From Chrysomallon squamiferum (Eukaryota; Animalia; Mollusca), in contig CM022674.1 in the NCBI GenBank assembly GCA_012295275.1, forward strand, positions 11,594,001-11,658,000: a DNA stretch of 64,000 bases. The letters are read 5' to 3'. Numbering within the stretch: the first letter of the stretch is position 1; every line of letters begins with the position of its first letter. The notes below the pieces were generated by a model. That model was not told where the DNA came from. It worked only from the letters and a program-made list of their open reading frames with translations, and did no database searches. The position numbers were made by a program, and so were the translations under genes. Below are positions 14,402 through 41,802 of the stretch, piece by piece.

Positions 14402-15299
14402 GATGTCATATAAACCAGCTATTCTCGAAAGACGAAGTAGATTATATCTACTTTTTAGATACAAGACTAAAGACTGTCACTGTTGGAACAGCGATATTGC
14501 AGATCGTAAACATTCATCTTGACTAGTTAATGTTCGAAGGCGTGGAGTGAACAAAGTTATTGCTAAAATAGATTAATTTAACCGCTTTGATGTGTAAGAA
14601 GAGAAAATATACGAACAGTAATATGGGCGCAGCATACTTCAGAGCACTGACTAATGGTTTTAGGTTCCTAGAACAAATATCCATAATGCATCCATTAAAC
14701 TTCGTTATATTTTTAGTGTATAGTGTAAGCTAAATGATAGACAGTATGCTTTTAATATTTATAGTGTAAATACGGGCAGCCTGATTTTAAAGTTATAGGG
14801 AGCGAGAACATAGAAAGTCGCCAAGAAGTGTACCGAATATCTTATAAACTCATTACACACTGTTATTTTGTATTTAAAATCAGAACACAATTTATAAAAA
14901 AGAAGAAAAACATAATAAAAACAGGCGTTCTTTTGTTTATTTTAATTATTTTAATTTTAATTTTGAACGTTAAAATTAAAACAAATCGATTCAATATGCA
15001 AAATGTATGATGCAACTATAAGAGTCTCTTTTGCCTAGGCTTCATTCCAGCAATATCTGTGACTTTATTATTATCCACATCGGTACCCGATTCTCTTTTA
15101 CTGGAGAGCAAAGATAACCGAGTCTATGGTTGTTTTTGATAATAATAATAAAAAAAAAAAAAAATTATATAAGAATGACTAAGTTCCGACTTTTATCGCT
15201 TAAATGAATTATAACTTAATTACTGTAGAAAAGGCGCCTGTTTTTAAGAATGTGTTTGTGGTGAGCGACAGCTCGCGTTCTCTGTCCCCTTGCCTCTAG

Positions 15300-15760
15300 C
15301 TTCGTTACTGAGTGTAAAGTCAAGAGTCCTCAGAACGCCTTTGACTTTCATCTGTGAAGTGAACCGTTCACTGTGTGCTTTTAGCTTTCATAGTGTAAAC
15401 TAAAAACTCGATGTAGCCTCTTTAACGTTCGGAGTGTAAACTAAACAGTCGACAGTTCGTCTTTAGTATTCACAGTGTGAACTAAGAGTTGACAGTGTAA
15501 CTTTAACTTTAGTAGTATAAAATGAAGAATCGACATCTTTAATATTCAGTGTGTAAAATAAGCAATCGACTGCGCCGTTAACAAACTAAATAGTCTGCAT
15601 TCAGCTTTTAATATTTATAGTGTGAACTAAAAGTCGACAGTGTACCTATAACTTATGTATTTTTATTTTCTAAACAAAACAGTCTACATTGTGCCTTTAG
15701 TATGCACTGTGTAAACTAAGAATCGACAATGCGCCTTCACGTTACAATGTAAATTATTCT
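15300..15760. repeat. Degenerate ~41-bp minisatellite
   Basis: Recurring agtgtaaactaa...gtcgaca...ctttaa units, roughly 10 copies. Confidence 0.7.
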
Positions 15761-16554
15761 GTTAAGACTGATCCTTTAACACTGAGTATAAGTTAGAAAG
15801 CTGGGAGCGGTTCTTTAATACAGCGAAATGCTCAACAATCAACATTTGCAATATACAGTTTAACACAGACATCTGCGACTTTACTTACGAGACAAAGCGA
15901 AAGATTCAACCAAAAGTCATTAAGATTAATTAATTACGTTAATTATCTCACGTCATCTTACCTGCTAAAGTTGCAGGAGCGGGCGGTTTTAGAAGCTTTT
16001 CCATTTTTTTATTAAATAATCTGTGACCTGTGGTTTGCCTGTTGCCAGGTATTTGGAACGTCTGTGTGGGTAAGTGTTTGAAGAGTACAGATAAAGGTAA
16101 TAAATAACTCTCTCGCAAGAACTGGAACACACACACACTGCTAGCTCTGAGCACGCGCACACTGGTATTTACGTAAGGGCCTTTCCAGTAATAATCAGAA
16201 GGGGAGGTTTGTTGAAGGGCATAATGAATATTTAGTTATTTTATTTTACGTTACGTTGTACTACGTTACGCTACGCCAACTTACGTTACTAGTATTACAT
16301 TACACTAATGCGTTATGTTATTTTATATTTTTTATATTTATTAAATTCTTATTTATTTACTTATTTCTAGAATAACATAATTATATTCATATTTTTATTA
16401 GATTTATCTGGATATTGCTCTTTTTTTATGTCATATATCTCTTTTCAAAGTAATATTACCAACCATCTCTTAAACACAAACATCAAAATATATATTTTAT
16501 ATACAGCGGTGATACTCCACTGAGCAGTTAAGCATACATTGTCAGTCGCAAAAA

Positions 16555-16673
<119 letters not shown>

Positions 16674-17397
16674 AAATATACACATAGACAGACAGTTTGA
16701 TAAAGGTAGATAGATAAATGGTTGCTTAGATGGATGCATACATAGAAAGAGATGCAGAGAGACCAGTCACAGAAATACTTTTTGTAGAAATGCATATACG
16801 ACCACGCATGATCACGTCATCCACTGTGAAATAAAGACACACACTGATACGTAAAAATATACAACTATTACGTTTTATATACAAACTTACCAGACGTCTT
16901 CATAATTTCTGCAGACTGAATTAAATACACTTTGGACGTCCCTAATGAACGAGAAAATTAAAGTAGAAACTTACATATATAATTTGAAAGGTTCACTATT
17001 AAAAGGACTGGTAATATGAACAAAAAGTGAGAACTCCTTTATCAAGACAAGAACATGACAACAGAATAACTCAGATGTCGAATGTTGCAGTGGATTATGA
17101 TATGACATATATGCATTAGTCATATTCAACATGTATGTAACACTTGTGTACGGATTATATATACTCTAGGATCATCGGTAGTTTTTGTTAAAACATTTCC
17201 ATGGTAAAACACAAATTATATATATAGAGAATCAGTATAGATATCTGTTGGCATAACTTATCTGTCAATATATTTTCATTTTCATATATGTATATCTATC
17301 TATCTTTAGAGAGAGAGAGATATAGAGAGATAGATAGAGAGAGAGAGAGAGAGATAGATAGCTAGAGAGAGATAGATAGATAGATAGATAGATAGAG

Positions 17398-17496
<99 letters not shown>

Positions 17497-17928
17497 CTGA
17501 CAGCATTTCGGATATGAAAATTACATTTATCACGTTCTTCCGTTTATAAAAAGAAACAAAAATCACTGAAATAAAAAAGAAAACAAATATCATTTAAGCA
17601 GCAATAATTTGTTGCCCATTTGTCAAGATGGCCGCAAATTAATAATTTTATCTGTGAAAAGATTAACTTTTAAAATGTTCTTTATCTATTTCTAGTTTCT
17701 ACATAAGTGACCATCTTTAAGGAACAGATTCAAATTTTGATCCCTAAAAGATGAAAACATACTGCCAAAATACTGCTTACGAAAAGCATTTTGAAATATT
17801 GTGTATGTATACGTATATTTGTATGTATTTAGATATTCACCTACGCACTCTGATACACAGACATGACAAGGAATGTATAATAGATTTCTTCATAACGTTG
17901 ATCCCGTCAGCTAACAGATGTGCTATCA

Positions 17929-18044
17929 TGACGTCATAAACAATCAACAGGTTCGTTTAACAGAAGATAAACAATCATCATGGAAATGTAAATTAATTCT
18001 TTAACTCTTGACGTCACAGCCAGTTTGACTGCTTGTTATAAATA
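17929..18044 (+). promoter_or_regulatory. Candidate tyrosine decarboxylase promoter: two palindromic CRE sites plus TATA box
   Basis: TGACGTCA at 17929-17936 and 18009-18016, TATAAATA at 18037-18044. A CpG-richer leader follows, with a donor G|GTAAGT at 18773/18774 and an acceptor tttcaaag| at 22330 just before the Tdc ATG. Confidence 0.55.
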
Positions 18045-18991
18045 CGTGTTAACTACGAAGCTACGTCACTGGTTGTTTTGCGTGAGTTAAGGGAGAAGCG
18101 AGTCTGTGAGAATGAATTGTTTGATTTAATTGAAGTCGAGGACGGATTTACCACACGAGTGGACGAACCGACGCGACATAATCGTGCTTCAATTCATTCC
18201 CGTCATCCTTTAGAAAGCAATCAAGAAAAATGACGTGAAATTCTCTCGCAGCGCGTGACTCGCTGATTAATCCGCCCTCTAAATAGTCCCAAAAATTCTC
18301 CAGTTCTTTCAGAACGCCACTTACCATTTCCGGATCCTTTGAAAAATCAATTGTAGAAATTATTACCGCTGGGGAAAGCGTTGCGCTGCAACCCCTTGAT
18401 GTCAAACCCACGGCATAGGGGGCGCTTCAAAAATTAATCTCCGACTCCTGTACACGACGTTAGAAGCTGTATTTTTTATTTATTCCTTCGGACATGGTTG
18501 GGTTTGTTCTGTCATAGTTTAGCGGACATTTTTTTTTTTCTGATGCAAACTGGGACGACCTTGTCAATTTTCTCTTCGTTTTCAGAGGGTATGTTTCTAA
18601 CTAGTTATAATTATTAAATGTTTTTAAAATAAATATTATTAAGAACACATTGAGCTTGGTAAGCAAGAATAAAAGTAATACAGCTTTCTCATAGACGCAA
18701 AATTTAATCTTGGATTTACATTTTCTTATTGTTCTCAAGTTTCAAAAGGAAACCAGGTTACAATTTGTTGATGGTAAGTAATTTTTCATTTTGTTTAATA
18801 ATCTTGCGGGTATATTATGCACACATTTTCTATATTTTCTCTCTTCTTCTTTAAATTTGATTTGATTTATTATTATATTATGATTGTTGTTGTTGTTGTT
18901 TTTGTTAAAATATTTCGGATCCGATTAGATAACCTTGATTATTACTTCCTGTTTTTAATTATATATTAATAATATTATATCTATATGTATC

Positions 18992-19023
<32 letters not shown>

Positions 19024-20187
19024 TGTATGTATGTATGTATGTATGTGTGTAAATATGTATATTTATATATGTATATCTTTATTTCTGGATGTATGTCTGT
19101 GTGTGTTTGCATAATTACATACATAATACATGTTTACATACAGATACATCTACATACGTAATTCAGATTAAAATGCATGGCCTGAGCTATAACAACCTCT
19201 AGAATTACAGAGGAAATTTCAAGATATATGTTGTTAGTGAGACATTCGACCAACTGTGTGCAAGATGACAGTGTTCATTTAGTTTCTCAATAACCACTGC
19301 AGATTTAAATGCAAGGACTAAACTAAAGTAAACTGCTAGAATAACACAGGAATTTCAAGATATTACTAAGACTGAGAAACTGAAAGTAGGACTAGATTTA
19401 ATATGGTTTCAATGTTTACACAGTGCTAATAACAATACTGGAATTTCTTTTTGCCACAATTACTCAGCGGAGTCAGGCTTCCTGTGATAGAGTGCAATAA
19501 ATAATGAATTTTTAACAGTTTAGATTAAAATTTCAAATAGTAGCAGTATGCTAGGAATTCAAGTGAGTAACTGCAGTTTAAATGGCTGTCAAAATTTTTG
19601 AAACTTGTATGTCTTATAAAAAAAAAAATGATGAAAAAGGAACAGTACTAGTAGTAGTAGCAGTAGTAGTAGCAGTAGCAGTAGCAGTAGTAATAAATAA
19701 ATAAAAGAAAAAAGAAAAAAAAAAAAAATGTAATAATAATAATAGTAATAATAATATTAAAATAAATAAATAAAAATACAACAAATAAACAAAACAAAAC
19801 AAAACAATTGTTTAAATCTGCAGTTTTGTCCTTACTTTACAAACAAGAGATACATAATGCTTTAATCTTTCTTATATTTTACTTAACTCTTATTTCTGTA
19901 TTTACGATCAGATTCCTGGATTTGCACAGTTAACTGGAACACTAAAATCAGTAAACAAAATACCACAACTCTACTTTTGTTTTCACTGTATTACATAATT
20001 CGGTTAATTATATTATATATGTATATGTAGATCGTGTTAGGCACATTCATTAATCTCACTAAAATTTAAAAAAAGAGAAAGTTTAGATAAATACTTTATC
20101 ACTTGAAGACCATATTGAGTACAAAACTGGTTTGGAAATAAAAAAAAAAAAAAAAAAAGAATAAAAATAAATAAATAAACAAACAAA

Positions 20188-20234
<47 letters not shown>

Positions 20235-22340
20235 ATTTTAATAACTTTGTTACAAGCATTATTTAATAAAAAAACATTGTTTTAATTTTTGTAGTTGCTG
20301 ATAAAAATTGCAATGGCAATCATTTATCATGTGATAATCCTTTTTATTTACAAATTCCTCAAATGCATATTGATTTCTAATAAAAATAGTGTGGGTGGGG
20401 ACTATTACAACTGTTCGTAAATGAATAAAACCACCAAAAAACAAAAACCCCCACAACAAATACATTTCCCCCCCCAAACAAAAACGTCCCCAAAAACCAT
20501 TAATTACAATGTAACGACCTTTTATATATAATTTTATGAACTAAAATATATTAATTTATTAAAATTATATTCCTGTAGGTGAGACACTGAGTATGCAAAA
20601 ATTGCCACGTAATCTAACAAGTGGTATGCATGAGTATTTGCACGCTTTCGATTTCGTCCTTTACAGCCGATAACAGACTGAATACTTCTGTCTTGGCAGA
20701 GTTTATTTCATAGTATGTAATATGAAATAAGCGCGTGCGTGTATTAGACGTGAAATTAAGGGTTTAGCAAAGTCTCTAAACCTTTACTGGAAATTCGTGA
20801 TATCAGTTATCCATCTCGGGATTTCATGTCGTTACTCAAGCTACAGTTATTCCTGAATTTGGTTTACTGCATCGAGAATCCCACCTGGACCACGGCTGGA
20901 ATCGAACGAATAGACGCCAACATCTGTTAGAGGTAATACTATTCATGAACCTTATAAGCATAGCACATAATGTTATTTTGTAATGAGCTTCATCTAATTT
21001 CAAAGCTAAATGTTTCCCACTTGACCTAAAGGAGGGGAATCATTATCTTTTTTGACTACTTGATCTCATTTTTAATCTTCACTAGAGCGTATTGGTGATC
21101 CCAGGCTGTGTTAGGAGGGGCACGGACACTTACAAACTGAGATGAGCAACGTAAACAACCCATTGAAAGACCGAGAAACTCTTAATTTTCGTCACCATCA
21201 GTAACACGGAATAGCTATGCAATGTTGACAGAACGTTCTTTTCATCCCGACGATTATTTCTGGAGAGCTGCACTCTTCGTGCGGTTGACCTAGACATCAC
21301 GTACCCGCTGGTCCACATGTTCCTTCCGGAAAAGGTTCAAGCTACTTAAGCTTTTCAGCTGTTGAAGGCTGAAGCAGGAAGAACCAGCTTTAGACTGGAA
21401 CCACAGATGTTTCAGATCGGCACGGATAAAGCCATTGCCACGGAAGTCTTTTTTTCCAGATAATAGAATTATTATTTTCTCTACGCCCAAGGAAGATTCA
21501 GCACATTGGTCTGATTCTGCAGTTAAAAGAAGACGCGACGATCCACAGACTTGCAGCTACAACCAATGCCCTTCTACTCGTCCCAGCGGACCAGGCTGAG
21601 GTTGTGTGGCTGGACGCCTTTGCAAAGGGTCCTCAGGCAGTTTACCAACACAACTCAATACGTAATACACTCTTACAATACACACGATGTTTGAAATGAA
21701 CTCTCCCAGTTACGCACGTAGCTTAATAACCTATCGCATGATATTCATTTGATCTTAGAATATTTTAATACCTAATGAATATTTCTATTTCAAGTGGGAA
21801 GACCCCGATTATAAAATGTTGATGGACTTGAAAATATTGTTCACCCTAACTGTACTTGAAGCTTACACTTGGTAACACAATACTGCCTCTGTAAGCAGCT
21901 TACATACGTGTCTGTCGTTGCTAGCACGTATCATGCATTTTTCATCAAATATAAAATATCATGTCATAGCATTAATCACATACGCGAGTACTTTTTAAAC
22001 GTCACCACACGTTCTCACCACTCAGACTATCGGTCAAACAGTAACTTCACTAATTCTTACTTACTTACTTACTTACGTAGTTATTTATTCATTTAGTTTG
22101 TTACTTACGTATTTACTGATTTATTTATTTATTTATTATTGGTGTTGTATTACTATTATTATTAGAGCTATACTGTTGTTTTTACTATTATGCTTGAAGT
22201 TATTCTCATTGTTGTTGTTGTTATTGTTGTTGTTGTTCTTCTTGTTCTTGTTCTTGTTCCTGTTGTTGTTGTTGTTGTTGTTGCTCTTCTTCTTCTTCTT
22301 CTTCTTCTTATTATTATTATTGTTTCAAAGCTCGACAACA

Positions 22341-29655
<7,315 letters not shown>

Positions 29656-29847
29656 TAATGGTTGCTGTTCGGTAAGCGTAGAATATATTTAGTATTGAAA
29701 TAAAAGGTGAAAACAGCAGATTTCAGATACGATTTTATTTTATTTTACATCCCGTACATTTTTATTTCATTTCATTTTATTTTATTCTATTTATTTATTG
29801 CTATCTTTATTATTAAAAACAAGGAACTGTTTAATGAATTGCTCAAG

Positions 29848-29886
<39 letters not shown>

Positions 29887-30824
29887 GACTACACAACAAC
29901 AAAGAAAAACAAAAAACAACAGCATTTTTATCCATAGGTATTAACAACGTTTTAAGACACTGAAAATGACTAAACTGTTAACAGAAAGAGTGTTCTATGT
30001 TTACAGGACACCACATACAACAACCGTTTATAAACTCACTGATTAGTAATAATCCAGTGATCCAGAAAAACAAAGCTGAACCTTACCTCACTTGTTTGAT
30101 TCATTAATTAAAATATTATTTTCTATAACTAATTATTTGAACATAGTTAATTAATAATTACATATTCTGTTACAAGTGACCACACAACATTTGCCACAGT
30201 TTCTTTTTGAAAGCAAACTTTGGGGTTCACTGATTCTATGAGGATAAGGACAGGAGGGATAGATGTCCAAGTGTTAATAATAACAACAGATTTACATAAG
30301 ATTAAACAATGGGGGTAATACTAGAATCTAATGATTAGATGTTTCAGGGTCTGTGTTGTGGTGTTTAGACTTGAAACTGCTCATAATAATTTAGACATAG
30401 ACCACATTTAAACAATGAAATGTGGACAGTTTCAAACATTATTATTTTGCATTTCTGAAATGACTAAACTAAAGGTGTAAAGTGTGTGTTTTTTCATTGA
30501 ATTGAGTCAGTACACTTTTCCAGTTACAGTATCTTGTTGTTTATGCTTGTTTTAAAGAAATAAATTGGTGAAATGATAAAAGTGTTTGTAATCAATTTTT
30601 GTATGATATATCTGAAATGGGAAAACATTTCTTACTTAACATTGTATATATTTTCCAATTAGTATTTGTTGGATATGGAAATTACACAAGACTCGAATAT
30701 TAAATATCAGGAAATAGTTAAATTGTGGGATAATAAACTATTGTTATCAAAAATTATGAACAGTCCTGTCTCCTACACGATAAGTGTTTGAGAGAGAAAA
30801 AAAGAGGGCCCTGAGTTATCAATA

Positions 30825-30915
<91 letters not shown>

Positions 30916-31139
30916 ACACACGCATATGCCATGACGAAGAAGATAAATAATGTAAAGGGTACTATAAGAAGTGACTTAGTGCTTTTGATACCATGTATCA
31001 AGATATCTGACATCTATTATATAATTCTACATGATAATTACATTCGGTTGAGATCATAATCCCTGTAATATAATTTTTTGGTATATCCTAATTACCCATG
31101 CACCACTGAAATGTAAACCTTAATATATCTACGTAAACG

Positions 31140-31500
31140 ATCTACGTAATGTCATCACTTATGTATACCACAGACCTACACACCCCTGTAATGCAATTCT
31201 TTGTATACACTAGTGACCCATACACCTGTGTAATGTAATTATTTGTGTACAATACTGACCCATATGCCTGTGCAATGTAATTCTTTGTGTATAATACTGA
31301 CCCATACACCTGTTTAATGTAATGTTTTGTGTATAATACTGACCCATATACCAGTGTATTGTAATCCTTTGTGTATCGTTCTGACTCATACACCTGTGTA
31401 ATGTAATTTTTTGTGTCCTACTGACCCATACACTTGCAATGCAATCCTTCTTCTATCCTACAGACCCACCTGTAGTTTCTGCTATTGACCTATGCTTCCC
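31140..31500. repeat. Degenerate 42-bp minisatellite
   Basis: Unit tactgacccatacacctgtgtaatgtaattctttgtgta, about 8 copies. Confidence 0.85.
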
Positions 31501-31904
31501 TGTAATATAAACCCCAGTCTACAGTACAGTGAGGGGTTATCTCATCCTCTTGTGAGTATATAAATTGCAATGTCCACATAAAATGTGAAATAAAAAAGAA
31601 TTTGTTATTAATATATTTTTGGTTGAACAAAAGCAAACGAACATTTCCAAAAACAACAACCAAAATAACCATCCCGACAGCAAGATCCTCTTAACTCTAT
31701 TATAGATCTGCAGGCAAAGCAGTGAACTGGGGCCACTAGCTACACATTGTCCACTTGTTATCATTAAAATTAATACTAATATGATTATTATCTTTAACAA
31801 AACATATGCTAAATATGCATTTTTACAGTAATAAATATTGATAGATATAAAGGCATTTGAAGCACACGTCAGTTTGATGTGTTAGCTGTATATAGCAGAA
31901 GTTG

Positions 31905-32945
31905 AACTTGGTGAATTATTTACTGTAGAAGTAGATCTGTGAAACATTGGTGGAATGTTGGAAGCATCTGCTGTAGAAGCAGAACTGTGAAAGAGTGGTA
32001 AAGTGTTGGAAGGATTTGCTGTAGAAGTAGAACTGTGAAATATTGGTGGAATGTTGGAAGCATTTGCTGTAGAAGCAGAACTGTGAAAGAGTGGTAAAGT
32101 GTTGGAAGGATTTGCTGTAGAAGTAGAACTGTGAAATATTGGTGGAATGCTGGAAGTATTGGCTGTAGAAGCAGAACTGTGAAAGAGTGGTAAATGTTGG
32201 AAGTATTTGCTGTAGAAGTAGAACTGTGAAATATTGGTGGAATGTTGGAAGTATTGGCTGTAGAAGTAGAACTGTGAAATATTGGTGGAATGTTGGAAGG
32301 ATTTGCTGTAGAAGCAGAACTGTGAAAGAGTGGTAAAGTGTTGGAAGCATTTGCTGTAGAAGTAGAACTGTGAAAGAGTGGTAAAGTGTTGGAAGCATCT
32401 GCTGTAGAAGTAGAACTGTGAAAGAGTGGTAAAGTGTTGGAAGCATTTGCTGTAGAAGTAGAACTGTGAAAGAGTGGTAAAGTGTTGGAAGCATCTGCTG
32501 TAGAAGTAGAACTGTGAAATATTGGTGGAATGTTGGAAGCATCTGCTGTAGAAGCAGAACTGTGAAAGAGTGGTAAAGTGTTGGAAGCATCTGCTGTAGA
32601 AGTAGAACTGTGAAAGAGTGGTAAAGTGTTGGAAGGATTTGCTGTAGAAGTAGAACTGTGAAATATTGGTGGAATGTTGGAAGCATTTGCTGTAGAAGCA
32701 GAACTGTGAAAGAGTGGTAAAGTGTTGGAAGCATCTGCTGTAGAAGTAGAACTGTGAAAGAGTGGTAAAGTGTTGGAAGCATCTGCTGTAGAAGTAGAAC
32801 TGTGAAAGAGTGGTAAAGTGTTGGAAGCATCTGCTGTAGAAGTAGAACTGTGAAAGAGTGGTAAAGTGTTGGAAGCATCTGCTGTAGAAGTAGAACTGTG
32901 AAAGAGTGGTAAAGTGTTGGATTTGCTGTAGAAGTAGAACTGTGA
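31905..32945. repeat. 51-bp minisatellite, about 20 copies, two interspersed variants
   Basis: Unit gctgtagaagtagaactgtgaaa[gagtggtaaagtg|tattggtggaatg]ttggaagcatct. It is open in two minus-strand frames. Confidence 0.95.
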
Positions 32946-32995
32946 AAGGGTGGTGGAGGGAACGGTGGATGCAGGAATGGAGGGAGGAATTGATT

Positions 32996-37682
<4,687 letters not shown>

Positions 37683-37847
37683 CTTTCTTGTACGTTTAAA
37701 TCACTGCAAAAAAAAAAAAAAAAAAAAAAAATAAAAAATAAAAAATAAAAAATAAAAAATAAAACAATAATAAAAATTAGAAACATAAAAGAGACAACTT
37801 ATATTTGAAAATTAATAAGTATAAAATATTTCCCTCATTCATAAAAA

Positions 37848-37911
<64 letters not shown>

Positions 37912-38163
37912 AATAAATAAATATTACAGAGCGTCTAACATAGTTCAGGGATTTACATACGCGGTTATCCCAGGCACAGAATGGTGGTCTTAGTTTTAAA
38001 CCTTGCACAATACTAAAAGTGTCACGTTCTTATTGTTCATCGTTGCATGGATTTAAAACCTGTACTCCCAGGTCAACGTAACACGAAAGTTCTAGTTGTT
38101 TCCTATGTTCGTATGCATTAGTGGAGTGGCCACGGGGAATTAAAACTTGGGAAGTATACATAT

Positions 38164-38363
38164 NNNNNNNNNNNNNNNNNNNNNNNNNNNNNNNNNNNNN
38201 NNNNNNNNNNNNNNNNNNNNNNNNNNNNNNNNNNNNNNNNNNNNNNNNNNNNNNNNNNNNNNNNNNNNNNNNNNNNNNNNNNNNNNNNNNNNNNNNNNNN
38301 NNNNNNNNNNNNNNNNNNNNNNNNNNNNNNNNNNNNNNNNNNNNNNNNNNNNNNNNNNNNNNN
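38164..38363. other. Assembly gap (200 N)
   Basis: Run of exactly 200 N, typical of a scaffolding join of unknown size. Confidence 0.99.
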
Positions 38364-38816
38364 TTATTCATCTTAATAAGGCTATCTTTTAATGGAAGTA
38401 AATTAGAAACAAAAGTTATTATGTGATACGTGTTATATTGATGATTCTGTATTATTTTATTGACACGTGGAAAGTGATAAAAGAGTGTTTCTGTGTGTTT
38501 GTGTTTTTATGTGTGAGTAGATAAAACTATTTTGAGGAAAGCATTAAGTAAATAATAAACCTATCTGAGCATAAAAACACGAGCAATGGATACCCGCACT
38601 CAGCTGTGACGACAGTAGTCTCCCTTGTTATGTCTCGACAGATATTTAGTTTTGTTTTGTCTGTTTTAAATGTAGCAACAAACATGTCTGCCTTTTTCTT
38701 GTCATCTCTAAACGAATCTTTGTTATAGTAAATTAATTCACAGTTGTATTTTCTCTTTAGTACTGCACATATAGAGATATACTGCTAGTAGTACTACTAC
38801 TTATAATAATAATACC

Positions 38817-38959
<143 letters not shown>

Positions 38960-39504
38960 TGCTATTCGTTCAGTTGCTGCTGCTGGTAATAATAATACTC
39001 CTACTACTACTACGACTACTGTTACTAGTACTGTTACAATTGATGGTAATGGACGAAAAACACTTCTTGAAAGATTTCACTATAAGTGTATGTATTGACC
39101 ATATTAAACTGGAGAAAAAAATAAGTTGAAGAATCAGAGATAGATTAACGAAAAAGAGAAAACTGAATAGAGAAATTAAATAGAAGACAAATTCCTTTTT
39201 GTTTTAAAACTATTCATAATTATAATCAGTAACGGTATTAAATAATATCACTCGATATCAAGCGATTCTGTGTAGTCTTTACTTATTGGTCGTAGTGACA
39301 CCTGTTAACATGCCACCAAAAGTTCAGTGAGATTTCTCAGTCGTCTGCCCCTTTAAAGAAGTAGTCTTTTTTGTAGCTATTTACACATATAGAATTTTAA
39401 TGTCGTTACGTATGTTGGCTTTCTTTTTTGATTCGGAAAAGTAATAATCATAATAAGAAAATAATAACAACAACAACACAAACAATAACAACAACAGCAA
39501 CAAC

Positions 39505-39536
<32 letters not shown>

Positions 39537-39552
39537 TAATAACAATAATAAA

Positions 39553-39592
<40 letters not shown>

Positions 39593-40073
39593 GCTGTCAT
39601 TAATTAATTCTGATTTCGCGTCATCGAATTTTTTTTAGTAATATAGAAGAAGAATAAGGATTCACACGTACAGTAATTTAAGCTAGAAAAGTAAGTAAAA
39701 ACATCGTTTTATGCATGACAAAAATATGATAATTACAACAAGAACCTTCATCTTTGAAACAGCAGGGGGAAAAGGCTTTTTTTCTGTCATGAATTTATAC
39801 AATAAGCCGAAAACCCAGAATATAGTAATGATAATAATTATATAAACAAAAAATAAATCTCAACTAATATCTACGACATATTACAGAAAACAAACTACAA
39901 GAGATGCACCCCAATAAGCTTTATTCAAACTATTGCAAATATATAAAAATACAAAATAGTAACAAATGAATTAAATGGAGTAAAAAATACGAATCCAGCT
40001 ACAGGAATAGGAAAGCAAGCAGGAACAAAAATAATGAAAATGAAACTAAATGTAAACATAAGAATAACAGTAA

Positions 40074-40111
<38 letters not shown>

Positions 40112-40280
40112 ATAATAATAATAATAATAATAATAATATAAAACGCAACGCCAACAGCCCAAAGCAAAACATTTTCTTTTTATGCCAGGTCAAAGAAAAG
40201 AAAGAAAAGTATTGCGTATATTACAAAACAATTTGGATTTCAGTAATCCAGGTTACAGCTCCAGGAAAAAGTAAACCGCA

Positions 40281-40349
<69 letters not shown>

Positions 40350-40672
40350 TGTGTGTGTGTGAGCGATAATAATAATAGTAAAAATAAATAGACGAAAAGA
40401 AACAATAAAATAATACTTTAAAAATAAAACAAACAAACAAATAATAAAAAAATGAAAATATGAAAAGTAATAAAAAAAGGAAGAAAAGCAAAACGAAATT
40501 TGGCAGAAAATTAAATCTGACGATAGCGAATTTGTTTTTATTAGCATAAGATCTTGAATAATAAATAAATAAAATAAAATAAATAGATAAATAAATAAGT
40601 AATTGAAACAAATAATAATAATAATACCCACAATTGAGAAAAAAGTGTAGTTCTCATCAAACAATTACAAAA

Positions 40673-40715
<43 letters not shown>

Positions 40716-40952
40716 AAACAAAATTATATATAACTGGTTAAACAACAACAACTATGAAATAAAAATCAGAAGAAAGAAAATCAGAGAAAAAACAAAAGAA
40801 GACAAATAATTACCAAAACGTAATATAGTTAGTAAAACATGCTAAAGCAAAGAAAACCTTTAAACAAAGGCAATTTCACCTAAAAGTAAAAACAGTTTTC
40901 AACTTCAGTTTGCTACTACACTATATGCAATATTTGTCAGGTTAAGTAAATG

Positions 40953-41506
40953 TCATGTTTTTGACATCTTCCTGCTTCTGATTGGACTTTTTCTTCCTCA
41001 GGAAGACGACCACCACAATCCCAATGACAAGTGAGAAGATGATCACCATGACAACACAGAAAACAATCAGAATCGTGGTGTTCACACCAACTTGATCAGA
41101 TCCATGTTTGTCACCTGATGTCTCTGAGATACCTAGAAAGTAGTAATAATGATAAACGTCAGATTTTTGGAACCTTTCTTGCAGCTAATATATATGAACG
41201 AAAATCTCCATTTAACTGTTTGTTTAATACGACAAAACTAAATGAAATTAAAGAAAACAAATAAACTCACTCGGTGTTCGATCTTCTACAATCACGTCCA
41301 GGACAGTGAATGTCTTTCTGACAAGTTCATCAGACGTTTCAGCAGATCTTCGTTTTCTTCCAGACTCTGCCTTCCCGTTGCAGTCCACCTGAAATTATAA
41401 ATATGAATGTGAAATTTGATTGTCTGATTTCAGATTTTGAGGAAAACGTTCAGCATTTCTCCTACTTGAAACAAATATAGCCATTGAGAGAATGAAATAA
41501 TACTAC

Positions 41507-41575
<69 letters not shown>

Positions 41576-41741
41576 TAATAATAATAATAATAATAATCAT
41601 AATAATAATAAGACAAAACAAAATAATATAAAAAATCAACAAGACCGAAATGACTGTTGTCTTCAAGTATTGTTAGTAACGTAATCAGAATTATTTATTT
41701 TTTCCATTTACTGATAAATAAATAAATATATAAATTAACTA

Positions 41742-41802
<61 letters not shown>

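Noticed and set aside
18148-18411. 87-aa minus-strand ORF
   Set aside because: It has a non-ATG start and no recognisable motif, and it lies antisense to the presumed Tdc leader.
31916-32878. 320-aa ORF (MLPTLYHSFTVLLLQQ)n as an independent gene
   Set aside because: It is an alternative-frame translation of the 51-bp minisatellite, and two frames are open simply because the unit lacks stops.
31905-32945. Regular repeat array resembling CRISPR
   Set aside because: The units are head-to-tail with only two recurring variants and no unique spacers. There are no cas genes and the context is eukaryotic.
38030-38426. ORFs spanning X runs
   Set aside because: Artefacts of the 200-N gap.
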